Source: Mytilus californianus
Lineage: Eukaryota
Direction of reading: 5' to 3'
DNA length: 64,000 nt
Assembly: GCF_021869535.1 (NCBI RefSeq)
Contig: NW_026262582.1
Location: forward strand, 28,210,001 to 28,274,000
A program made the position numbers and the translations under genes. Shown here piece by piece: positions 1 through 13,129 of the stretch. The notes beneath the pieces were generated by a model. That model searched no databases. It saw only the letters and a program-made list of their open reading frames with translations, and was not told the origin of the DNA. Within the stretch, counting starts at the first letter, position 1, and the number at the start of each line of letters is the position of its first letter.

Positions 1-2
1 AA

Positions 3-479
3 AGAGATGATTTTTCATTTCCTATCGTTAATTATCCATTTTTAGATGGTGACGTTCCCTTTTCACCATCTTACGGTGTTTATATATCTCAATTTGTACG
101 ATTCGCTCGTGTATGTAACAATGTTTTAGATTTTAACGAGAGAAATTTATGTATTACTGAAAAATTATTACACCAGGGTTTTCGATATCACAAACTAGTC
201 AAAACATTTACTAAATTTTATCATCGGTATAAGGACATTATTCGTAAATATAGCTCAACATGCAGACTTCTTATACGTTCAGGTATTTCACATCCAATTT
301 TTTATGGAAATATTCTTTATAAAGCACAAAAATGTCAGTATTCACCTCTGAAGCTAACAAAACCTTTAAATAGACTTATTAAGAAGGGATATAGTTACGA
401 TACTGTTGTCAGGTCATTAAAGATTGCATATTTTGGCGTTAATATTGATTCACTTATAGGGTCTTTGCATCGGCACTAG
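3..479 (+). CDS. C-terminal 158 aa of the retroelement reverse transcriptase ORF (5' part outside window)
   Basis: Uninterrupted frame from base 3 to TAG at 477-479, ending ...IDSLIGSLHRH*. Missed by the ORF track because no start codon lies in the window. Confidence 0.8.
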   Translation, partial: RDDFSFPIVNYPFLDGDVPFSPSYGVYISQFVRFARVCNNVLDFNERNLCITEKLLHQGFRYHKLVKTFTKFYHRYKDIIRKYSSTCRLLIRSGISHPIFYGNILYKAQKCQYSPLKLTKPLNRLIKKGYSYDTVVRSLKIAYFGVNIDSLIGSLHRH

Positions 480-530
480 ACACATTTATTTAAAAACCAG
501 TTGTTGCCATGACACGGGTTATATTCTTCT

Positions 531-595
531 CATATATGTTATGATGGTATGATACTAAACCCCTAACGGGAAGGATTGTGCCTGATATTCATATG
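531..595 (+). promoter_or_regulatory. SECIS element (type II) in the retroelement 3' UTR
   Basis: ATGAT 541-545 / TGAT 583-586 core quartet; 11-bp helix II (546-556 with 572-582, one A.G mismatch); unpaired AAA 557-559; CCCC-TAAC-GGG mini-helix; CATAT/ATATG helix I; about 50 nt after the stop. Confidence 0.8.
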
Positions 596-1112
596 ATGAA
601 AACATAATCTTTCAATCAGTTTAATTGAAGTCTGGAGCTGGCATGTCAGTTAACTGCTAGTAGTCTGTTGTTATTTATGTATTATTGTCAATTTGTTTAT
701 TTTCTTTGGTTACATCTTCTGACATCAGACTCTTGAACTGAATTTTAATGTGCGTATTGTTATGCGTTTGCTTTTCTACATTGGCTAGAGGTATAGGGGG
801 AGGGTTGAGATCTCATAAACATATATTACCCCGCCGCATTTTTGCGCCTGTCCCAAGTCAGGAGCCTCTAGCCTTTGTTAGTCTTGTATTATTTTTAATT
901 TTAGTTTCTTGTGTACAATTTGGAGTTTAGTATGGCGTTCATTATCGCTGAACTAGTATATATATTTGTTTAGGGGCCAGCTGAAGGACGCCTCCGGGTG
1001 CGGGAATTTCTCGCTGCATTGAAGACCTGTTGGTGACCTTCTGCTGTTGTCTGTTCTATGGTCTGGTTGTTGTCTCTTTGACACATTTCCCATTTCCATT
1101 CTCAATTTTATT

Positions 1113-1500
1113 GTATGATGCCACATTTTAACAAAAGTGAACTCTCGACTTGTAGGAAAAAGTAAAATCACAAAAATACTGAACTCCAAGGAAAATCCAA
1201 AACGGAAAGTCCCTAATCAGATGGCAAAATCAAATGATAAAACACATCAAACGAATGGACAACAACTGTCATATTCCTGACTTGGTACAGGCATTTTCAA
1301 ATGTAGAAAATGGTTGATTGAACCTGGTTTTATAGCGCTAAACCTCTCACTTGTATGACAGTTGCATCAAATTTCTTTATATTTACAACGATGTGTGATC
1401 AAAACAGACATAATAGGTAACATTGTCATCACTGTGTCACAATCTCAAAACAAACAAACATTTAACAAAGAAGCACAAAAAGCATCTATCAAATATAACA
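1113..1500 (-). repeat. Dispersed repeat (unclassified retroelement 3' fragment)
   Basis: Reverse-complement homolog at about 16205-16535; short fragments at about 20200-20270 and 44465-44515. Confidence 0.6.
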
Positions 1501-4500
1501 ACCACATTCATTGCTTACTTATATATGTATTATAAATCAACCCATAAAGGATTGAAATAGTTAAAGTCTTGTGACTGCATTCACATCTACTCTTAAATGT
1601 AAACGTCACACTGGAAGAAATATAAAATAATTTTGTCGTTCAAAGTATTTTCAAAATATTTATTCCACATGGGGAATGGTGGTTTACAGTGTTGAAAAAT
1701 CAAAAGTTATTGTTAAAACTAATTTCAGAAAAAGACCGAGATTTAAAATTATCCAGAAGTTCTTTAGAATTTTTAAGAATCCACATATGGTTAATACCAC
1801 TACGCGAGTAAAATAATTTTGTCGTTGAAAGTATTTTCAAAAATATAAAGGAAACGTATATGTCTCTCATAGAATGTTCACAAAACAACAAATGATCCTT
1901 TATCCAGTGATTACATGAATAAAACGTATATGAAGTAGTATCAAAATTGCCAAATCAATATCTTTGATTGAAGATATCAGAAAATGTATCAATAAATTCT
2001 TTCTCGTGATCATTCTTTATAATTATCGAAAAATGTGTAGTTTTCGGGGTTGTGTTATATTATTTGTTTTTTGTCTTTTCGTCTTTTCCGACAGTCACGG
2101 TGTTTTCTCGGTGCAATTATATTGCCCTTAGTCACAAATAGAGGCGGTCATAATCGGTACAGCAAGATAAACTTAATGATCAGTTATTTTCACAGGTCGA
2201 AATTCACTTGCGACAGGTTGTATGACCACTCAGACCCGTCATATGAATAATGTCAAGTTTAATTAAAAAAACGACCACTTTTAATCATGCTCCGAAAAAT
2301 ATTGACAGGTCCGCTACTGAATTGACCTCGGGATAAATTTAACTTCGCGACCAGTTCTGCACACAAGTTAATTTGGACCGCGAATGCCCATATTTAACCA
2401 GACCTGTTTTTCAGATAAATTTTGTTTAGTCTTCACCATGAAAAAGTTAACTAGATTAAAAAAGGAAAGTGTTGAGATTCAAAAGAACAAGGTAAACCCC
2501 GCTATATGTTCGTATGTCTGTCCAAAATCAGGAACCTCCCCAGTAGTTTTTTTTTTTTTTTTTGTCTTCAATTATTGTTTTTTACTACTTGGGAAATTCC
2601 GTTTTAACTACATGTCTTTGAATGTTTCTGTTAAATCTATTCTGAATTTTGATAAGCTAAGGACGGTTTAGAGCTTAGCATAGTGTTAAGACACCTGGTT
2701 ATTATTGATTGTTTGCTGTCCTCTACTTTTTTTACATACTGGTATACGCAGAATTCGTATTAGGAAGAAGCCATGTTTTGTCAGTGTATTGAAAAGTAAT
2801 TTTTAATTCATGCAAACCGATTTAATATATGAGACTGCACCAGATACGCATTTGGACAGTTTGTGTCTCCGAGTTATACTCCAAAACAAAATAATTGAAA
2901 AAAAACGTATACAAACGTTGAACAGCTCATACAAAGCCGATATGAACTAAAATGTATTTCAAATTACATTTAGGAATTACGTAATATGTAAGTTAGCACG
3001 TAAACAACGAATAGAATAACTTTCGGTTGAGCATTTTTTTATTCTTTTAAACTTATAAACTAGTAGTTTACAAATTATAAGTTCCCTTTTTTAATTATGC
3101 ATGTACAGTACAATATGGTATTTCGACATATGAAAATTATATACCCCCTGTTACTGACTGGTATACTACCATGATGTTAAATCATGAACCCAGACATTAC
3201 AATATATATGTGTAAAGAGTATGTATTTCATTATTTTGACAGTTCTCTTACGCGAACTAATAGAAAATATACAATAAAAGACTATGTGTTAATAGATAAT
3301 ATAGAAGGTATTTCCTTTGTTTCGAAAAGCCTTCTAAAAAGCATTCACAAAGCGATCTAAACAAGTATTTGGCTACTAGATACCTTTTCAAAATGGAATT
3401 TATTAACAGTTAATGTACCCTGATTTGAACAAAATTGTATCATGTTACAGATTTCTTTTTAAATTCAACTATTTTATTGCATATAAAGTTATTTACACTT
3501 TCCATTGGCGCAACCAAAATTGTGCTAAGTTCCTTCCTGTAGCGTTAAACTGCTAATTCATAGTTATTTTCAGTAAGCTGCATTAAACAAAATATATCTA
3601 TAAAAATATATATAAAAATTCGGTTCGGAACTAGGGTCGAACCAAAGTTGTTATCACTCCCTAATTATTGATACTGAATATCATTTTGATATGTGGTGCA
3701 CTTTTTTCATGAATGTTTTTGGAAAGTGATCGAAAATAAGAATAGTAAAACTAAACGGGAAGGTTCTTATATTTCATTTATATAAACAACCAGATCATGT
3801 ATAAAATAAATGAAAACAACACGTTATTAATTTCATGCGTCCGAAGCGATTTTTTGGATTTACCTTCACCAGGAACGCTCAAAGCCAAATATTTGAAAAC
3901 CGAGACCAAAAAGTACCAAAAGTTCTAAGCATGTTAACCTGTCGAAAGTATACCTGTTATTATGATGGGTCAATAGAAAACCTGTCTATAAGTTTAGTGT
4001 GGATCGGAACTGTCCAAAGAACTGGACAACAGTTTACCTGTCCATATAAAATTGAAAATGGAAAAGAGGAATGTGTCAAAGAGACAACAACCTGACCAAA
4101 GAGCAGAAAACAGCCCAAGGCCATATGTCTGGTTTGAAATTTTCTTGGCTTTATTACTGGTCAAAAGCAAACTTGTCTGGAGCAGTCATACAAAAGCAGA
4201 CATAGGTCTGGTCTGTCACTGATGAAGGTAACTGGCCTATCTGTTCCAATCATATTAAGTTTGCTTTGACAGCAGTCAAGTTGTCTGCTAAATGTTAACT
4301 TTTGTACAGGTTATGAATAAAATCTCTCTGTTTCTTCACTTTCTGCTATTTCTCCTATATTAGTGCGTGTTTAAAATGTTTGTATTTAACACCATATTTT
4401 AGTAGTGCATGTCAGAAACTAATTGTCTGTCATTTCTACGTGTATAAACTGGATATTCTTTAAACGTATATAGCTAGTATGTTGTTAAGATTGTAGTTAT

Positions 4501-4511
4501 TCAATACTTAC

Positions 4512-4880
4512 ATTTAAGATGTAATATAAATGATCTGGTCGTGACTGAGAAATATTCGATCAATGTATATATTCTGCATTGGTATAGACCTGCATCGTCA
4601 ACTGATACATTACTAATCTCTAAGAAAAATTCTCCTTTCGTATTATGTCCAACAATATGTAATCGATTTTTATGTGGTAGACTGTTACTTATACTAGCAT
4701 CGTCCGAATATTTACTTATGTTCCATATTTTACTTTGACCATACGTATCAATTACATCAACATAACGAATTGCATTATTATCATACGCTGGTCCATACCA
4801 GTCTGCATTGGTAGCATTTAATCTGTATTTCAAAACTATTGTTTCGCCTGGTATTGCTTCTATAAAAGTCGTACTATAAC
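4512..4880 (-). CDS. Gene A exon: V-type immunoglobulin domain
   Basis: tttcag acceptor, gtaagt donor, 369 nt, phase 1-1. GYSTTFIEAIPGETIVLKYRLNATNADWYGP...FFLEISNVSVDDAGLYQCRI...FILHLK has the C-strand Trp and D-x-G-x-Y-x-C motif. Confidence 0.85.
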
Positions 4881-6627
4881 CTGAAATATTTCTTCATTTG
4901 TTTTCAATAGGTATGACTTTTGTATTTATCATATTTGAAAGCAATATTTATATCAGACAACGGTCGTATTCATTATTTTGATGCCGAAGTATTCTGTCTG
5001 ATACTGAAAAGGTACAATATGTCATACGTCAATGTGCACATCCGGTTAGCAGGTATGAGGTCATTGTCATTTAATGCAAATCAAGTTGTTCAACTTTTGG
5101 TTTCTGATTAGTATAACTGTGATGTCTGTTTTTGTATACTCATCTTCAACGTTAAGAACTGAAAGTTTGGGTGTTAAAAAATATATAAAACTTTAGGCTG
5201 TTAAGCAAAGGGGTAATACAATAAGGAATTAAAAGGCAACATAAAAATAAAAACCACGCGTATAGACTTCCAATCAAAGAACCCTAGATGAATAACGTTT
5301 CTCAGAAGGTTCAGGTACATGTTTCCGACAGCGCGAGATCCTCCTGTGTAATCAAGGTTGTATAGAAGTATGTACAAATAAATTGTGGTTTTAATCATAA
5401 ATTTGTTGTTGTTTGTTGTTGTATGTCATATTTGTTTTTCGTTCATTGTTTTGTACATAAATCAGGCCGTTAGTTTTCTGATTTGTATTGTTTTATTTTT
5501 GTAATTTCTGGGCCTTTTATAGCTGACTATACGTAATGAGTTTATCTCATTGTTGAAGGCCGTGCAATGACCTATAGTTGCTAACTTCTTTGTTATTTGG
5601 TCTCTGATAGAGAGTTGTTTCATTGGCAATCATACCAAATCTTTATATTTTTATATTTGGCTATGTTATATGCACATGCACAATAATTAAAGTGTTCCCT
5701 ATCGAGTCTGATTGATTACGAAATATTTTTTTTTATTAAAAAAAAAAAATATCAAAGAATAAAACGGTTTAAAAACAGCCCAAATATAACCTGATCCGTA
5801 TAAGATTTACTTAACACGTCTTAATTCATCAAATATCCTCTTTTTGAAAATTAATAGTTGATACAAAATGTTTTAATCCTGGTATCTATGATGAATGTAT
5901 GTATCAATTATGGTTTCTAAATTGAAATTATATGCAACATTTATTCTAGGCGTTCCACAAGATAGAGTCTTCTAATATTGTGTATGTATCTTTTAAACCG
6001 GTAACATGAAGTTATGTGCATTTCCCGTCCTGACTTGTATCACGTTTATTGTACGTTCTGTTATGTACTATTCATTTTCCTACGAATCGAGATGAAACGA
6101 GAGATGAACGAGACCTGAACATTCGTTTAAACCTTCACATGTTAATTTGCATGTTCGAAGTTAAGGACCTCGTCAGTGGTTGTCTTTTGTTATGTGATGT
6201 GGTATTTATACAATGTAACACATCTTTGGTACAGATTGTTTTTGGATTACGGGTGACTTAAACTTACAATACCTTTTAGACTCTATCCAATTGATGAAGT
6301 TCGTATATTGTCCATTAGATATATATTGTACATTTGGTTCCACATCATACAAAATCTTGAGTGTTCTCCATTTGTGTTACAAGTTACATACTGAGCAATG
6401 TGAATGTATAAGGCATTCAGCAAAAATGTAGTCCTGTGTTTTTGTAGCCCTCAAAACATAGTTTGTCCGTTTCTTAAAAGGTGTACAGGTAAAGAAAGAA
6501 ATACCTTTACAAATAACAATAACTTTTTTTTTAATTTCGTATTCTGAGAATATGTCCAAAAAAATACATATAGTTCAAAGGATACATTGCAGTTTCCAGA
6601 TATATCTGTACAACACAAAATAATTAC

Positions 6628-6691
6628 CCGATACTTGATGACACAGCATACAGCAGTATAATATACATTGAACACATTTCTTCATTTTCAT
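6628..6691 (-). CDS. Gene A signal-peptide exon
   Basis: MKMKKCVQCILYCCMLCHQVS+G, phase-1 gtaatt donor joins in frame to the 4880 exon; tttcag acceptor just 5' of the ATG. Confidence 0.65.
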
Positions 6692-7049
6692 TTCTGAAAG
6701 AAGCAAAGAATTAATGAATTGTTTTATTCGATCTGTGATTTGTATGACTTTGTTAATTTCAGTTACATATATGAGTCAGGCTTAGTAATATCATAGTTTA
6801 TCGACAGAAAGCAAGAGTTTTTTTTACTTCAAATTGGTTTTAGAAATCGAAACTTCGTATTGAAGAAAGCTAAAACAGACTAATGTTGAGTAAATTTGGA
6901 TTTTTTTATGTTAATGGTAAGACGTAATCTAAATGATTATATGTACTGCATTAACACAATTGTTTCTGGAAGCATATTTCCTGCAAAACAACAGTGTATC
7001 AATATATTTAAAGAAGTATAGAACAGTGTTTGTTTCTTTTAATGGTAGT

Positions 7050-7620
7050 ATACTGTCAGTTCTAAACTCTCCTAGAATCTGCCAGGAATTGTCAGGAGAA
7101 CTGTTCTAGAACAGACTGTAGACAATTTCCCCTCACACATTTAGAACAGTTTCTGACAGAAGCGGTATTACCATAAAACGATTTTGGACTGTTCCATCCT
7201 ATAACTGATTTTTAGAGTTCTAATCTTCAAGAGATCCTGACAGTTATATGTCTATAACAGTTTTGGTTAGCTCTGTTTATCTACATGGTAATATATTAGA
7301 TAAATTGCATTAGTCTAATTAATTTTATCCTATAATTTCGAATAACATATAGCAAAATAGTATGTAATTACATGTGTATCATAACGTAAGATTGTTTATT
7401 GACAGGCAAACTCGGTTATAAAAAGACTTCAGAACAGATTTGGACTGTTTTACCAACAAACTGATCGTTCTACCTTAGAACAGTTCTTGGGCAGTTCTAC
7501 CCTTGAATTAATTCTGATGTCTACAATGTTCTACCATTATAACAGTTCAAGAACTGTTTACAACAGTTCCTTGGCATAGTATTCTGACAGTTCTAAAGAG
7601 ATGTTAGAATTGATCCAATT
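7050..7620. repeat. Low-complexity array of GTTCTA / AGAAC / AACAG motifs with short palindromes
   Basis: Many copies in both orientations; perfect palindrome CTGTTCTAGAACAG at 7101-7114. Confidence 0.55.
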
Positions 7621-10295
7621 AGTAAAGAGCTAGTTATTAGCTTATGTACTAACCACAGATATAACGTGAAAAAACATACTAAAATAATTTACAGATAACG
7701 TTAGGATTAAGAAACTGAATGCACATTGAAAATTTGTTAATAATTACCTTATGTCAAGTTACATGACCGTTTTATCTACACATTAGTTGAAACTGCTTAA
7801 ATAATAAATAAATGTTTCCTGCTTGAAATGGCCTTTCAGGAAATATACTTTCCGTTAAATGGTTGTGGGGTTGTTTGTTTTTGTGTGGCTTTTATAGGTT
7901 ACTAAAGAATGACAATTGTATAACATTTGAACCATCCGCGCTTTCTAAACATAAAAGTTTGGAATTGGAAAAATTATTTTTTAGACAACAGACAGACACG
8001 ACTGATTGGAAAATTTAATAAAATATATGCTCGAATGTTAGGCCAAAATTAGTCTTAGAAACGATTTTTTTTAAATCAAATCTTTATTAAACAATTTGAT
8101 GAGAAACAAGAGGTGTCAGACAATTCAATATGCATAATATGTATTTTGGTTAAAAGATCGCAGTCCTATGGAAATTTAGACGGCTGATCAAACATGTAAA
8201 TGATTTATGAGGGCATGTTTTAAAATCATACGTAGTAGAATGTAAAGATGAGAGAAAAAATGCGTAAACTGAGGACTTTTCGAGGTTACGAAAAGCAAGA
8301 GATAATTGTTTATTATTTCTTTCAAAAGTGTTTTTCGAGGGAATGAAAAAAAAATTTCGAAACAACGAAGAGAGCATCTCGCGCAGATAAATAAATACAT
8401 AGAGACTTAAGTGTACTTTTTACAAATGAAATATCGTTCAAATGAACGAAAAAATATAGGGATTCTCGAATCCCCTTTCGGCACAGCTACCAAAGACAGC
8501 TTAAATCCAAAATATTTAGCAAAGAATTGTAATTTTTGTTTTTAAAGCAACTTTGTGCTTGCTTGACGATTCTTCTTTCAAACATTTTTTGAAGTAATCG
8601 GAGTACATAAACGAATTGATCAATAATATTCCTGAAATAACATTGTCTTCTTTAGTCATTGTTAAAGCATATGCACAAATACAAATTTTGAGCACATCCT
8701 TCAAATTTCCAGTGTCGGGTCATTCGGATAAAATATACAAATCGTAAAGAAAAATGCTTGAACACTTTACAACTTTTAAAAAATATTAGATTAAAATATT
8801 TCCAATTATTTATTCGTTAAATAAAAACTGTCAAAAAAACATTCATAAAGTTTGCTTCGGTCAATTTCTCTATCACTTCTGTAACATTGTAAATTAAGCA
8901 TATATCAATTAATCGGCGCGTCTGTTTCGTTTTATAAATTTACATGGCCTATACCATTTTTGTGACTATTTGTGCTGACGTTCAACCTTCAATTGATTGA
9001 ATTTTGTAACCAATTACATTTTTGTTATAGTTTGACTAGTTGAGCCTTTATATACGTGTGATATATGCTTAGTTAAAATTTATAATAAAGTTACAATTCT
9101 AATTGTCAATTTAATAACATTGGCATTCCTACAGCACAAACTTCCCGTTTAGATTTACTTTCGAAATCAAGCACATCATGCATATATAGATCAATTTGTA
9201 ATTTGATATTAATATTATCGACTTTTGTTTACATATAGTTTGAGGATGTCAATCATGATGTACAGTCATGATATTAGTCATTTGCCGTCAAAAATATATA
9301 TGCCATGCAGTGTAACCCAGACAATATAATAATCATAGTACATAAACTATTATTTTGTCGCAGATGAAGGTCAATATGTTTTGAAATCGATGAATAATTT
9401 CCTGTTTTTACAGGAAACTGATGAATTAAAAGCAATAGAAAAATTACATTAAACTTAAATTTATCCGACCTAATTTATTATCTAAATATATGTTTCCTAA
9501 TAGTGAGGTCCGCGGTTAAAGTTATCAGAAAGTATATACGAAATTCGATGTTTTGATCCTGCATTCAGAATTCATGACAACTGTTTTGTTCTAACATCCA
9601 CAAGGATCGACTCATATTAAAGTGAAAATGGTATTGTTAGTGTGCTTCAGTACAGTCAAGCGTTAAAATAATAGAATGTTTGAATATAAATCGATCCTTG
9701 TAAATTTGAAAAAAAACGATTTCATTATATAGTAGCTCATTAGCTTTATAATAATGTAGTCTGTAGATATAAATTAAAGTAATGTAAAATGATTATTATA
9801 TATGAGTTTCATTCAGAAACATAAACACCATACTTATCTCACATGTCTCAGTCTTTAGATTTGAACGACGATACTGATATATACGGAAAAGAAGACAGTA
9901 TCGTATATCCAATGCCTATTGGTGTATAGTTGGTTGCTTTTTTAAGACTCTTCACAGAGAAAGAGACACACACAGCGTAAACGAGTTTGTTTATGCTTGT
10001 ACTTATTCCATTTATCGAGATAAATAAAGGAAATCAAAATATCATGATATGCTGTCTGAAACCTATCAAACGACTATTTTGTATCTAAAGATCTTACAGA
10101 GGAAACTGATGTTGCCTCTAAGTAATGGTTGATATTGATACCCTCTGTAATACACAAGTGCATTTCAAATGCTGATTATCGATTACGTAGACAAATTCTT
10201 TAAATCATGGTTATTTTAACTTCGTGCGTTAGATTAATCAAAAATTATAAATAAGATAATGACAAATGAGATACCAGGATTGAAATTTTGTATTT

Positions 10296-10339
10296 ACGCC
10301 AGACGCGCGTTTCGTCTACAAAAGACTCATCAGTGACGC
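10296..10339 (-). ncRNA. Type I hammerhead ribozyme, family 1, intact
   Basis: Minus strand reads GCGTCA-CTGATGA-GTCTTTTGTAGAC-GAAAC-GCGC-GTC|TGGCGT: 6-bp stem I, conserved core, stem II, minimal stem III with palindromic GCGC loop, GUC triplet. Confidence 0.9.
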
Positions 10340-10599
10340 TCGAATCAAAAGGTAGTAACTGCTCCAATTTCACTGAAAGAAATATTTTCATAACTTAATG
10401 AATAAAAATAACATTTACATATATTTCGTGCGTCCAAAGCACTTGTCTGGTTTTATTTGCATCGGGAACTAAAACATTTGAAAAACAAGGGTGCAGCAAT
10501 GAGTAAAATATTTAGACCTATATAACGAAAAGGACCAGAAAAGAAAAAACCAACTTTGTCTGAGGGAGTTGGAACCTTAGTTTCTTACCTTTTTAGAAA

Positions 10600-11137
10600 A
10601 AAAGCTGCACCAGCGCATGATACGCTCATCGCTTTTTCGACGAATAAAGTTCCATTACTCCTCAATGTCATATCAGAAAATCATAAAAAATAAAAGTGCC
10701 AATGTCCCCTCGTTGAACATATTTTATATTTCCAAGGGGCATAACTATTTTAGTCGATCGTCCACCATTATAGAACGTGTCCAAGATATGCTGATATTAA
10801 CCTATAGTATAAGTTTTATAAAAATCTGGCAAGAATTGTACCCGAGAGAGCGCTAACGATGCCATTTTCCATAAATTTAATATTTCCAAGGGTCATAACT
10901 CTTTTAAAAAAAGTCGATCGGCCACCGTTATAGAACTTGTCCGAGATATTGCTGATATTAACCTATAGTACAAGTTTTTTTTTAAAATCTGGCAAGAATT
11001 GTACCTGTTAGAGCGCTAACAAGACCGGACGGACGGACGGACAGACACACGGACTTACACACGGATACACGGACGGACGGACGAACGGACGCTCGGTATT
11101 TCCATGTCCTCTGCAACGCGTTGCGCGGGGGACAAAA
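10600..11137 (-). mobile_element. Non-autonomous Helentron-type element (HINE) with internal tandem repeats
   Basis: Terminal hairpin TGTCC..GCAACGCGTTGC..GGACA (11105-11134), (GGAC)n microsatellite at about 11026-11090, and two 154-bp-spaced internal repeats (TCCAAG at 10731 and 10885). Confidence 0.7.
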
Positions 11138-11559
11138 ACAAACTAAACGGAGCATTTGAAACTACCCAAAGGATGACTAAACATTTACCATCATGAGCAT
11201 TTTGATCCATTCAATGAAGGGAACATCCTAAAGCTTCAAGTAAGTAATTGATTGTAAGAAACGCAGCTCTGGATTACCGCACCAACTTGTAGATACATAT
11301 TTCACATACACTTGTTGCAGAAACTCGAAATTTGAAAAACATATGACATATTTTCTTGTACAGTTGGTTTTCAACTGACCATCAATGTCGATTTCAAGTA
11401 TAATCAAAGGTATGATGTATTTTTAGCTAAATGTTCGGTATCTTTTATTTCATGTTAATTCACACTCAGTCAAAATGTCATAAATGGGAGAAGAACACAA
11501 TCAATAAAGTCACAGATTAGTTGACTATACTGGAAACAAAAGATCTTAGACCATCATAG

Positions 11560-11830
11560 CATGATTTATAACAAACCTTTCTAAAATTGTCCGTTTATAA
11601 ATTTTGAAATTATAAAGAAACTAAGGTTTCAACTCCCTCAGGCAAAATTGACCTTAGATGAATTTGGCTATTTTTTTAGGTATTTTTTGTCACATAAATC
11701 TTCAAATGCTTCGGTACTTATACATCCTCGGCTTTCAAATATTCGGTTTTGAGCGTTCCTGATGAAGGTTAATCCAGAAAAGCGCTTCGGACGCATGAAA
11801 TTATTAAACGTGTTGTATTCATTTTTTTTT
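11560..11830 (+). mobile_element. Retrozyme family 2, partial unit
   Basis: Interior resembles the family 1 unit (TTTGAA..AAA.ACTAAGG..CC.AGG) and ends in a hammerhead. Decayed copies at about 3830, 10420-10590, 12110, 47485, 55225, 56870 and 61930. Confidence 0.65.
11753..11794 (+). ncRNA. Type I hammerhead ribozyme, family 2 (atypical stem II)
   Basis: GCGTTC-CTGATGA-AGGTTAATCCA-GAAAA-GCGC-TTC|GGACGC: 6-bp stem I, intact core, GCGC loop III, UUC triplet. Confidence 0.7.
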
Positions 11831-13129
11831 TGCTATTGAGTAGAGACATGCATACATAGTACTGTATCAGTTAACCAATTCATGATTGTGACTGAAAAAC
11901 TTTCGTCGTTCTTCCTCATAAATCTGTTCGAGCAGTTTTTGTGTAAGGAGTGCAACCAATGCCAGTTAATGTTGTCCAGATAGTGTGGACATGCACGAGC
12001 GTAAAGTTTAATTGAGATATGATAACACAGTACGATGGAGCTTAGGGTCCTATTTAGTTATATATATCAATACGTGTTTCGGTTTTATACATCCTTAATT
12101 TTGCGGACATGTTCGGGTTTGGGCGTTCCCGAACAAGGTAAATCCAGCAAAGCTCTGCGAACTCACGAAATAATATATTTTCATTTTCCGGAAATCCACA
12201 AATTTGTGTGAATTTTTGTAGAACAAATAGGAGCTGAAAAATGAACTAGAGCCGTATTTTATGACATCTTTCAAGGTGATCCTAGGAACACGTATTTTTT
12301 TTGGTGCGCGTCGACAGGGTAAAAAGGAGGCGAAAGATACCAAAGCGATATTAAACTCAGAAGTTGAAAACACACTGACAATGCCATGGCAAAAAAAAAG
12401 AAAAACGATAAGTGTTATCAAGTAAGCATGCATCATAAAAGGCTTAATCTCCTTTTGAAATGTCCTAAAACAAATAGGTTAAATGAGACATTCTATACAA
12501 AATCATAACATAATTTCGGAATTATAGCCTCCCAAGTGCCAAATTTAAATTAAAGAAGCTGATATTGGACTAAGATCCATGAATTCATCAAAATTCGCCT
12601 ACTGGGCCAAAACATATTGATTAAGCTGCATGACTTATCACTCGGGTATGATTTACATGTAGTACATATTCTTTGATCAGCATGGAATATAGCTTATATC
12701 TCCTCGATCCTTTATATTTCCAAATTGACTGTTTGACCTACAGGACTTATCATACTTCCTTAATAGCAAATTATGTGAACACTACCAGGCCAATACCTTA
12801 AATTAGTCCTTATCTTAAGATTTTTTATTGATTAATTTGGTTATGTGAATCGACCTTAATAGAACATGTATATACACTTTAAAGTGATTGAGTCAAGTTT
12901 TCCTGTTTTAAATTAAGTGTATCGTTCGGTTATTTTTTTGTGGTCCCTCAAGATATGCTAAGCCATTTTGCATTGCATATCATTAACATTACTATTGCAC
13001 AATAAATAGTTAAAGGCGTGAAACAGAACTTACTTTTAACAAACAACAAAGAAAATACCTAAAATAACATCTTATTTTAAAACTCCCATTTCATCAAATG
13101 GTTCGAAATACTTAGGATATTCTACCCCA

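Larger units (their letters stand above)
1..1112 (+). mobile_element. 3' end of a Penelope-like retroelement, Naiad-type (family 1): RT C-terminus plus 3' UTR
   Basis: Frame 3 encodes RDDFSFPIVNYPFLDGDVPFSPSYGVYISQFVRFARVC..., the post-RT region of Penelope-like RTs. The ORF stops with no C-terminal GIY-YIG, as expected for permuted Naiad elements. A homologous copy lies at 45765-46762 (-), with UTR fragments at about 4054, 37927, 51466 and 56040. Confidence 0.8.

Noticed and set aside
748-1189. Short ORFs here and at 13808, 24145, 37831, 40770, 42690, 45742 and 51469
   Set aside because: Chance frames within repeat 3' UTRs.
10727-11020. CRISPR-like regular repeats
   Set aside because: Whole-unit tandem duplication with no unique spacers, in a eukaryotic context.
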